A stretch of DNA of 64,000 nt. Origin: Ostrea edulis (Eukaryota). Position 1 is the stretch's first letter. Every line of letters begins with the position of its first letter. A program made the position numbers and the translations under genes. The stretch spans positions 32,736,001-32,800,000 of the forward strand of contig NC_079173.1 in assembly GCF_947568905.1 (NCBI RefSeq). Direction: 5' to 3'. Below are positions 34,755 through 45,619 of this stretch, in pieces. The notes under the pieces were generated by a model. That model saw only the letters and a list, made by a program, of their open reading frames with translations, was not told the DNA's origin and searched no databases.

Positions 34755-37700
34755 ATGAGCCAAAGACAAGTTTTGCAAGGTACAGAAATTCATTTTATCG
34801 TGATTGTGTGATATATCTTTGAAAATTTGTAATAGAATTTATTATGTTGATACAAATTAAGTGATAGAACTTGACTGATGACCATAGCTAGTTGATCATT
34901 GATCGAGATAGATGTAAATAAAAATACAAAGGGGTGTTGTTGCAGGTTCAGTGGGGGAGAAAAGATGAAAACCACACATTCTTATGTTACTTTGTAATTC
35001 TTTTCAATATGATTTCTTATTGGCTAAGTACAAATCTATCCTTTTTAAATGACTCTTTTCCCCCATTAATGTGTAGGGCTATACGTGATTTTAATTCCCC
35101 ACTTAATTAAGGTGCAGTACTTTGTCCTTTTTTAACTTTGAATGAGAAACCAACATATTCATACTGTAAATTTATTATATTTATTGAAAATCCAGATAGG
35201 GTCGCTCACCAAGCTCAACTTTGAGGAAATCTGATGGAGAATATCATAATTGTGTTAACTCCATATTGCACATGCATGCCCATATTCTAAAGCTCCGAAA
35301 TTTCTATATTTCATCATATCATCTGAATGCAGGGCCTATAAAATATCTCTGACATGTTTATCTCCACCTCTTTCTGAATCTATTGAGATTGAATTATATT
35401 TACATGTATGTATATATTCTGCATATTATATTGCAGTTTTTGAGCAGTATCAGAAGGCCAGGACAGGGTTTGTTCAGACTGTGGCCGAGTTAGCCAGCAG
35501 GCCCCAGAATATAGAAACCCTTCAGAATGCAGGGGTTATGTCCCTTCTGCGTCCACTCCTTTTAGACATTGTGCCCACAATCCAGCAGACAGCGGCCTTG
35601 GCTCTGGGCAGACTGGCCAACTACAATGATGATCTAGCAGAGGCTGTTGTCAAGGGAGACATCCTTCCCCAGCTTGTCTACTCCCTGGCTGAACAAAATG
35701 TAAGATCCCCCCCCCCCCCCAAAAAAAACTAACTGTTAAACTTATTAAGATTCTTTTATAGTAAGAAATTCAACATTAACATCAGGAACATTAGTGACAA
35801 TCTTGTAATAGTAATCTGGGGAAAACTAGGTAATTCTGTGTTTTAAAGCTCAATACAATTAATCCATTATATATATTTTTTCCCAGAGATTCTACAAGAA
35901 GGCTGCAGCATTTGTCCTGAGGGCAGTGGCTAAACACTCCCCCCAGCTTGCTCAGTCTGTGGTGGATTGTGGGGCCCTTGATGCTCTAGTGATATGTTTG
36001 GAAGAGTTTGACCCCGGAGTAAAGGAATCTGCTGCCTGGGCTCTGGGATACATAGCGCGTCACAATGCTGGTGTGTGAATGTAGATAAAAGAATGTCTAG
36101 TGCCTTTTCAATGTATATCTGTGCAAACTTAAAGCACAAGTCCATGGTTATTTCTAATAACCACTTAGTTCCACAGCTGTGCAAGAGAGCTTTGCAAAAA
36201 CAATAATGTAGATATATTATTAAAAGTTTGAATAGGATTGTAAAATTTGCTGCTACCTCTACAAATGCACCAATGTTGAATGATATTTAATTTGAGTATT
36301 TTAAAATAATTTATTCCTTTTGTACAGAGTTGGCTCAGGCTGTGGTAGACGCTGGTGCCGTTCCCCTTCTGGTTCTGTGCATCCAGGAACCAGAACTCTC
36401 CCTAAAGAGGATCGCAGCATCAGCTCTCAGTGACATCTGCAAACACTCACCAGAGCTAGCACAGACTGTGGTTGATGCAGGAGCCATCGCTCATCTTGCT
36501 CAGATGATTCTTAATCCAGATGCCAAACTCAAGGTTAATAGACTGAAATAATTCTCAGTAATTTATGACTGCATTAAAGCAGGAGAACTAACAGATCGGT
36601 TTGTTTTTTCTCTTTTGATTTCACATGAAACCATGACTTTTAAGATAAAAAAGTAAAATCATGAAAAGATGAGACCTGTTCAGGTTTTTAAAGGAGATTT
36701 ATGGAAATCATTTTCATGAGGAAAGTTTAATAATTATGCAATCTGAAATAAGTTGGAAATGTTGTTTTTTTCCCACAGCGTCAAGTTTTCTCAGCCCTTA
36801 GTCAGATTTCCAAACATTCAGTCGACCTTGCAGAAATGGTAGTGGAAGCAGAGATCTTCCCAGCGGTATTGACCTGTCTGAAGGACCCCGACGAATATGT
36901 CAAGAAAAATGTTGCGACCCTGATCCGAGAAATCGCTAAACACACACCAGAGGTACATGTTCTGCTCACTGTTGTCAAATGTTTGATGTACTCAATATAT
37001 GCAGTGTTTAAAAGAAAAAAGAAATGACAAGTATCCTATTATGAGTTGATCATTGAACTAACATTTGAATGGCTTTGTCCAGTTTCTTGTAAATTTGTTA
37101 GGAGAAAAAAGAAATGCAAAATTTTCTACCTCATCAACATGTAATTGTACAGGCAAATGTTTATGGTACAGCTATATATGCACATATATATTATATGATT
37201 TGTGCTATTTTGTGGTTAAGTTAGATTGAAGAATTTGTACTCTAGCTGTGATTTTTTCTATTTTTGTACTGTACAGTTGGCTCAGCTGATTGTGAATGCA
37301 GGGGGTGTGGCTGCTGTCGTGGACTATGTGGGAGAATCGAAAGGAAACATACGACTACCAGGAATCATGATGTTGGGATATGTCGCTGCTCATTCAGAAA
37401 ATCTGGCAATGGCCGTCATTGTGTCAAAGGTATAAATGAATTGCTCATCTCAGATTAAGGATATGAAAAACTGTAAAACCAACAAATGAAAATATGCTGT
37501 GGATATATTAGAATTTATTCTAATACAGTATTCAAAATTTCACTCTGAAGTACAGTTATATGTAGTAAAGTGTTCTGTAGATTTTAAGGGAGACAACTCT
37601 TTATTTTAATGTTTGTAAACTGAGATTAAATTGAACTGAGTGGTTTAAAGTAATTATGGCAGGTATTTACAGCTGAAGTCAGTAAAATAAAAATTGCCTG

Positions 37701-39054
37701 TTATAGCACTGTACAGCTGTAAATGATATAAATGTGTTGAATCACAAATTACATATCACTGCATTAGAGGATCTCACATCTTGCTAAATAAAATTGATCT
37801 GTAAAAAATAAGTAACATAATTGAATTAATTTACAGGGAGTGGTCCAGCTTGCAATTGCCTTGTCTGAAGAACCAGAGGATCACATTCAAGCAGCGGCGG
37901 CGTGGGCGTTAGGACAGATAGGTCGGCACACTCCCGAACACGCAAAGGCAGTGGCAGTCGCCAACGTGTTACCCAAGTTACTACAGTGTTACCTCAGAGC
38001 AGATGCATCAGAAGATCTACAGACAAAGGTCAGTAGGTCAAGGTCACATGAACTGAATACTTGAAGAGAAAAGATTGCATGGTCATACTCATAATGATCT
38101 TAAATGGGTTGCAAGTATCGTACTATATTATATTACTATATTATGGCCATATAAAAAAAAGTCATCATGCAATTAATCAAGCATGTAAAGGATATCAATC
38201 TCAAACAAATAGAGTTCCAATTCATCAAAAATTATATATTCACATCCATGATTTTTTTCCTCATTCAGAGCAAGAAAGCCCTGAAGAACATACTACAGAA
38301 ATGTGTCCACCTTCCAGCGCTGGAACCACTTCTTCACGATGCACCACCAAATATCCTCAAACATGTCGTTGGACAGTTCAGCAAAGTTTTACCACATGAC
38401 TCCAAAGCCAGGCGTCTGTTTGTCACCAGTGCTGGACTTAAGAAAATACAAGAAATCAAGGCTGAACCTGGGTCTGCCCTCGCCGAATACATCAACACAA
38501 TCAATAACTGCTACCCAGAGGAAATTGTCAAGTAAGTGATGTCTAATACGTCTACTTTTAAACTGCTGCATTCTTCATTGTTCAAGGATTTGAATCTGAT
38601 CCATTCCCAACTCGTTTTTTGAAATTTTTCTGCAGTTGTGCATTTGCCAACATTGTGACAGCAATAAAGATATGCTGTTCCAATGTTCTGTGTTCAATGT
38701 TTTATTTTTTATCATGGTCTTTAAACTTATTTAAAAAAACCTAAACCTATATATTACAAAATATGAATTTTAAACGTATAAAGGAATAGTGTAAGTTATT
38801 GTTATTATTGGAGACATAAGGAAGGAAACATTTGTTAATTTCTGCATAATCTGCTCTGCTGATTAATTACCACATATACACCCCCATAAAACAAACAAGA
38901 TTGATGTTTGTTCCTGGAATAAAGTATTCTTTTCCAAACAAGACGTCCATTTTATTTTGGGGTCTGACTGTCTGTGTTTTATTGTAGGTATTACTCCCCT
39001 GGTTACTCCGACACCCTGCTAGAGCGAGTAGAACAGTACCAGCCCAGTAAATAA
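34755..39054 (+). CDS. SPAG6: Sperm-associated antigen 6 (PF16 homolog; armadillo-repeat central-apparatus protein), 508 aa
   Basis: Exons 34755-34779, 35437-35699, 35887-36070, 36328-36533, 36779-36952, 37277-37429, 37837-38028, 38269-38531, 38988-39054; all GT-AG and phase-consistent, 1527 nt total. MSQRQVLQVFEQYQKAR..ELASRPQNIETLQNAG..YYSPGYSDTLLERV is diagnostic. Confidence 0.97.
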
Positions 39055-39333
39055 ACAGCAAGTGCAAAAAGGACATAACATCAAGTGCAAAAAGGACACA
39101 AAACAAGTGCAAAAAGGTTGCTTTAATTTATGGGACAAATAGTGACAAGAGAAGATGGAAGAATTTCCTTTCTGTATGCTAGAAGTCTGAAATATCGTCT
39201 CAAAATGTTATTTGGGTGCTTAATGAAAGTTTGATGCATGTCAAGATTTATATTAGTATTACTCTTTATTATGAAACTCAACAAATTGTAATAATCAATT
39301 TTTTGAAACACTTTCCAATGTATCAAACTATAG

Positions 39334-39381
<48 letters not shown>

Positions 39382-39659
39382 TGTAGTTTTACTTGGGAGA
39401 ATATTATTTCAAAGAAATAACACAGGAAGGAGAATTTTTATCAGATAATGTTTTACGGCAATATTAAATAACTGTTAGTGTTAGGACACTGAGCATCACT
39501 TTACAGTTAATACAAACTATATTGATTGGATTATGTATGACTTCATTACTGTTTATAACTATATTTCCTGTCATTGAAATCTATTAAATTTTGTTCAAAT
39601 TTAAGTTGTAGTTATTAATAGTTACTAACAGCACTCTATATATATTGTGACGGAGTGAA

Positions 39660-40175
39660 ATGATATGATGATTAAGATGATGATGATTGAAGATGACAAT
39701 GATGATGATGATTAAGATGATGATGATTGAAGATGACAATGATGATGATGATTAGGGTGATGATGATTGAAGATGACAATGATGATGATGATTATGATGA
39801 TGATGATTAAGATGACAATGATGATGATGATTAAGATGATGACAATGATGATGATGATTAAGATGATGATGATTGAAGATGACAATGATGATGATGATTA
39901 AGATGATGATGATTGAAGATGACAATGATGATGATGATTAAGATGATGACAATGATGATGATGATTAAGGTGATGATGATTGAAGGTGACAATGATGATG
40001 ATGATTAAGATGACAATGATGATGATGATTAAGATGATGACAATGATGATGATGATTAAGATGATGATGATTGAAGATGACAATGATGATGATGATTAAG
40101 GTGATGATGATTGAAGATGACAATGATGATGATGATTAAGATGATGATGATTGAAGATGACAATGATGATGATGA
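39660..40175. repeat. Compound (GAT)n repeat with ~40 bp higher-order period
   Basis: Unit GATGATGATGATTAA-GATGATGATGATTGAA-GATGACAAT; ATTAAG at 39671 and 39711. Confidence 0.9.
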
Positions 40176-40346
40176 GAATGCTACAGCTGCATGTACTACA
40201 TATCTTTCAATCAACTTGTTTTTCTATACATACCAAAACAACAAAATCCAAACAGATTTGATCAGAACATTTCAGATATATGTACACCAGTCAAAGCATT
40301 TCAGTTTAAGTTGAGTATCCAGTGAACTAATGCCCATATTTTCTTC

Positions 40347-41912
40347 TTTTTTTATGCCCCCCTTCAAAGAAGAGGGGCATATTGGTTTGCACCTGTCGGT
40401 CGGTCGGTAGACCACATGTTGTCCGCTCAATATCTTGAGAACCATTCACTTGATCGTAATGATATTTCATATGTGGGTTGGTTATGAAAAGAAGAGGACC
40501 CCTATTGTTTTTCAGGTCAAAAGGTTAAAGCTCAAGGGCCAACCTACTCTGGACATAGGAATATAATGTCCGCTCAATATCCTGAGAACCCTTTGCTTGA
40601 CAGATATCAAACTTGGTACACTGGTACATCCTAGGAGTAGATGACCCTAATGGAATTTTAGGTCACCTGGTCAAAAGTCAAGGGTCAAGCTGGACATAGG
40701 AATATATTGACCACTCAATGTTTCAAGAATCCTTTGCTTGACAGACATCAAACTTGGTACACTGGTATATCTTTAGAAGAAGATGACTCGTATTGATTTT
40801 GATGTCACATGGTCAAAGGTCAAGGGTCAAACTGGACATTGGAATATGCTGTCCGCTCAATATCTTGAGAAGTCTTTGCTTGACAGACATCAAACTTGGT
40901 ACACTGGTACATCTTCAGGAGTTGATGACCCTTATTGAATTTAAGGTCACATGGTCAAAGGTTAAGGGTCAAACTGGACATAGGAATATACTGTCTGTTC
41001 AATATCTTGAGAACACTTTGCTTGACAGACATCAAACTTGGTACACTGGTACATTTTAAGGAGTAGATTACCCCTATTGATTTTGAGGTCACCTGGTCAA
41101 GGGTCAAACTGGACATAGAAATATATTGACCACTCAATGTCTCAAGAATCCTTTGCTTGACAGACATCAAACTTGGTACACTGGCACATCTTTAGAAGAA
41201 GATGATCCCTATTGAATTGAGGTCACATGGTCAAAGGTCAAGGGTCAAACTGGACATTGGAATATACTGTTCGCTCAATATCTTGAAAACCCTTTGCTTA
41301 ACAGATATCAAACTTGGTACACTGGTACATTTTCAGGAGAAGATGACCCCTATTGATTTGCAGATCACATTGTCAAAGGTCAAGGGTCAAACTGGACATT
41401 GAAATATACTGTCTGCTCAATATCTTGAGAACCCTTTGTTGGACAGACATTAAACTTGGTACACTGGTACATCATCAGGAGAAGATGACACCTATTGATT
41501 TTGAGGTCGCGTGGTCAAGGGTCAAACTGGATATAGGAATATACTGTCCACTCAATATCTTGAGAACCCTGACATCAAACTTGATACACTGGTACATCTT
41601 CAGGAGAAGATGACTTGTATTGATTTTTAGGTCACATGGTCAAAGGTCAAGGGTCAAACTGGACATAGGAATATACTGTCCGTTCAATATCTTGAGAACC
41701 CTTGGCTTGACAGACATCAAACTTGGTACACTGGTACATCTTCAGGAGTTGATGACCCCTATTGATTTTAGATCCACTCTTGACATAGGAAAATATTGTC
41801 TGCTCAATATTTTGAATTGATGATAATACTCTCAATTAAATGGTGTGTGTGTATAATCCTTTTTTAATTTTGCACCATGGGGGGCATATGTGTTTTACAA
41901 ACATCTCTTGTT
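40347..41912 (+). mobile_element. HINE with ~141 bp satellite core (about 9 monomers)
   Basis: TTTTTATGCCCC..GGGGCAT start, (GTCG)n, CAAACTTGGTAC at ~141 bp spacing, GGGGGCAT + GTGTTTTACAAACAT hairpin + CTCTTGTT end. Confidence 0.85.
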
Positions 41913-42244
41913 CTTTTTTTCTTTTCTTTTTTTTCTTTTTTTTTTTTGTTGGTTTTTTTTTTTTTTTTTTGGTCAAGTTCTAGAATCCAATTTCTCAGAT
42001 CAGTATTGAAGCATAGATTTTCCTGAACATAATACAGTAACTGTAATTTCTAGTAAGAATTGAATGTTCATAAAGCTGATCCGTGGAGAGAAATGCATCG
42101 CATTATAGGCAGCATACCACTGACTTATGTGGTGTTTACATGCAAGTACAGTAGAACATACATATAACGCACTTATTACAAATCCAGGCTTATTGTGAAG
42201 TGACTTACCCCCTATGAAAGAAGACCAACGAAAATTGCATTGGA

Positions 42245-42925
42245 TAATAAAGTTTGGTTATAAAGAACTATTTTTCGCTGGCCTTGGAGGTTTACTATAA
42301 CTGTGTTTTACTGTATAATGAAGTTTGGTTATAGATAACTGTTTTTGCTGGTCCTGGAGGTTCGTTATAACTGTGTTTTACTGTATAATAAAGTTTGCAT
42401 ATAAAGAACTGTTTTTTACTGGCCTTGGAGGTTTACTGTAACTGTGTATGGCTCACAGTATAATAAAGTTTGGTTATAAAGAACTGTTTTTCGCTGGCCC
42501 TGGAGGTTCGCTATAACTATGTTTTACTGTATAATGAAATTTGGTTACAGAGAACTGTTTTTGCTAGCCCTGGAAGTTCACTTTATGTTTTACTGTATAT
42601 TAAAGTTTGGTTATAAAGAACTGTTTTTGCTGGCCCTGGAGGTTCGCTATAACTGTGTTTAACTGTATAATAAAGTTTGGATATAAAGAACTGTTTTTTG
42701 CTGGCCCTGGAGGTTTGCTATAACTGTGTTTTACTGTATAATGAAATTTGGTTATAATGAACTGTTTTTGCTAGCCCTGGAGGTTCACTATATGTTTACT
42801 GTATATTAAAGTTTGGTTATAATGAACTGTTTTTGCTGGCCCTGGATGTTCACTATAACTATGTTTTACTGCATAATGAAATTTGGTTATAAAGAACTGT
42901 TTTTGCTAGCCCTGGAGGTTCGCTA
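42245..42925. repeat. ~70 bp tandem repeat, about 10 copies
   Basis: TAAAGTTTGGTTATAAAGAACTGTTTTTGCTGGCCCTGGAGGTTCGCTATAACTGTGTTTTACTGTATAA; period 70 (42601 to 42671). Confidence 0.9.
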
Positions 42926-43264
42926 CATTATTTTGTAATCATGTTTGGCTGTAATACGTGAATGTGTCACTTACAATAAGCACAGTGATGCAGGGGGGGG
43001 GGGGGGTTTATTTTCAAGAACTTTAAGCAACATAACTGACATATTTTATGTACAGGCATCGTTGCAATTTTAGCCACGCCTATTGTTTCCGTTTAGTACT
43101 TTACACTACATCAAATGTAGGATATAGGTACTATACCGGTCTCAGAAACCATGACTAGCAACGATGTCATGATGTACATGTGTATATGATAAATCAATTA
43201 AATTGTTGAATGTTTCCAACACTGAATTAAAAAGGTATATAACATTTCTTTTCTTGCAGATATT

Positions 43265-43560
43265 TCATTACATGTGTACCTTCATTCTTAATTATTGCAT
43301 TTTCTTACCTTTCAATTTATCACATTTCCTCACCTTTTTTTCAATTACATCTCCTTACTTTTCTTTTTATCCATTACATTTTTTTACTTTTCATTTCATC
43401 TATTACTTTTCCTTACCTTTCTATTTCTTACATTTCCTTACCTTTTTATCCATTTCCTTACATACCTATTTATTTATGCATTGCATTTCCTCTTTTATCT
43501 ATTACATTTCCTTACCTTTTTTTTCATTTATTGCAGCTTTCTTACCTTTTTTTTTATTTA
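43265..43560. repeat. Degenerate pyrimidine-rich low-complexity repeat (ACATTTCCTTACCTTT-like)
   Basis: Recurrent CATTTCCTTACCTTTT motifs. Confidence 0.8.
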
Positions 43561-43732
43561 TTACCAGACGCTGTGATATATCATATTGAATTTGTAAATA
43601 AGAGGACACTCGACAATTGTTTCATCCTTTTCAAGGAATAAACGATCAGCCCATTTTTTGAATTCTTAATACCACGCAGCTTTACAACTACATTGAAATG
43701 GATTTCGTTTTTAATTGTTCTAAGGTTACAAA

Positions 43733-44542
43733 TTAAAGCTTGTTCAACCTATCTGAAAAATCAACCATCGTAACAACCTGATCTTCCTCAACGGGTAACT
43801 TATGATTAGAATACCTAAAAGGAAGATCAGGCTACAAAAGTAGAAACATTTTAGCAACTGTGTGTTAAATTTAAAAAAAAACCCAGAAAACCAGTAGTAT
43901 TTACTTCTATACAAATGTAATTAGATCCATTGTATTGGTTTACCTGAAGTCTGGGCCTTCCACTGACCCATGAAGGTTCAAATTAGGGTATCGGAAAGGG
44001 GGCCATTCTTTCACTCCAGTGGTATGGAACAACAACCCCCTCCTGCAAATTTAATTTTTTTAATGCGAAATACTCAATTTTAAGATTTAATTATAAATGT
44101 AGGGGGGGAATATAGTTTGCTGAAAACAAAATTACATTATAGAATGTATCATGACACGCTATTCAAGTATTAAATTATCTTACATATAGAATATTACACA
44201 GGATAAATTCCGCCCTCATTCTATGAGAGAATACTATCTAGAGTGCCTTTCTCTTAATTTTGTATACTTTATAATTTTATAACGACAACAGGGAGCAAAG
44301 CTTACTCCTACGCTCCTGATCCCACTACGCTCCTGATCCCACCTCTGGTGTGTCCAAGGGTTCGTGTTTGTCCTTCTCTTAAATTTGTATTCTAAATAAT
44401 AAGATTGATCATTATTCGTTATTTTCATTCGTCCATAAAATAAAACAGTCTAAATCAAATATACACGAATCGAATCACCTTGATTTCAGGTTACTGCTTT
44501 CAACGATCGGAAGTTTCAGAACGAATGGCTCCCATCAGCCAT
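43733..44542 (-). CDS. Hypothetical small spliced gene (about 81 aa if a 1-nt gap is repaired), divergent from SNF8
   Basis: Exons 44542-44479, 44042-43944 (99 nt, phase 2-2) and 43814-43733 have canonical acceptors and donors and join in one open frame: WEPFVLKLPIVESSNLKSRRGLLFHTTGVKEWPPFRYPNLNLHGSVEGPDFRYSNHKLPVEEDQVVTMVDFSDRLNKL*. AATAAA lies ~170 nt past the stop. The nearest ATG is 1 nt out of frame. Confidence 0.5.
44320..44430 (+). mobile_element. Penelope-like 3' end repeat fragment
   Basis: CCTGATCCCACCTCTGGTGTGTCCAAGGGTTCGTGTTTG..GATTGATCATTATTCGTTAT. Confidence 0.65.
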
Positions 44543-45003
44543 TTACATGTGAGGGTTTGGGGATTTGGAGGGAGCTAGGACTTCTATAGTTTGCGGGTGG
44601 AAAAAAAAATAATACTGGACATGTGTAATGTGTGGTTTTTCCGGTGTCGGCAGACGAGAAAGGTGCATGACATAAGAAAATAGCGTATGGAGAAAATCAT
44701 CTTTATTTGTTTTCGTTGTCAATATTATGAAATTTTATATGTTGTCGTTATTCAATTCAAATTTATTTATATATTTAGTTTAATAGCAAATGGACGATTT
44801 AGAGTATACGAGGGTACGCCTAGATAATACCCGGAGTCAGAGACATGTGTATACAGTGTAATATATGTCTGCCTGAATATATAGAAAAAGTAATTAGGAC
44901 TGCCGCTGTGGTACCTAGAAAATAACGGACTAGTAATGTAATAAGATTATAGTGAATTCATGATTATAATTCAGGCTATAATTCTAAATTGTAGAATGGA
45001 GAA

Positions 45004-45399
45004 CAGTGGCGGATTTAAGGGGGGGGGGGGGAGCAGCATGTCCCCCCCCCCCCCCCCCCCCCCCCAATTCAAGGTAAATCAACGATAAAAGAAGCAATAA
45101 TTTCTTCCACTCTCGAAGGAATAAATTACAAAATCTTTTGATTTACTGAATTACTTTTATTGGGAGAACTTACATTTTTTCCAAAACGCCTTAATTTGCG
45201 TCATTTTATTAATTTCACCTCATTAAAAATGACAGAAAATAGTAAAAATTACTACATGGGAGACATATTTCAAGCCCTATAAAATCTGTAAAATCCAGGA
45301 GCTTGAACCCACTGGGGGCACCAAGGCGGTCCCCATACCACCTGCCTCATAAAAAAATTGCGCCCCCTCTCCCCACCGCAATTCCTGGATCCGCCCCTG
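45004..45399. mobile_element. hAT-like MITE
   Basis: CAGTGGCGGATT.. / ..GGATCCGCCCCTG ends with poly-G and poly-C tracts. GGAGAA occurs on both sides, but no clean 8 bp TSD. Confidence 0.6.
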
Positions 45400-45619
45400 G
45401 AGAATAAGCAGGAAGAGCTACATTTTGGTCAGACTTGTAGACCAGCCCAAAGTCTGACAAGTTTTGTCTTGGGTTTGTCATTGTCTTAATAATTTCTATG
45501 TACTTGTTCCGTTACCTTCGTTTCAGTTTGTTATTATTTCGTCTACAAAGATTGTAGCCGTTATGGGTTCTTTTCTTTACATTTTTTGTAGTTTCTAAAA
45601 CGGAAGCGATAACCTGAAA

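Noticed and set aside
44535-44537. Selenocysteine codon in the hidden minus-strand gene
   Set aside because: No SECIS-like stem seen in the putative 3' UTR (43560-43733) and no redox motif around the TGA; a 1-nt indel is simpler.
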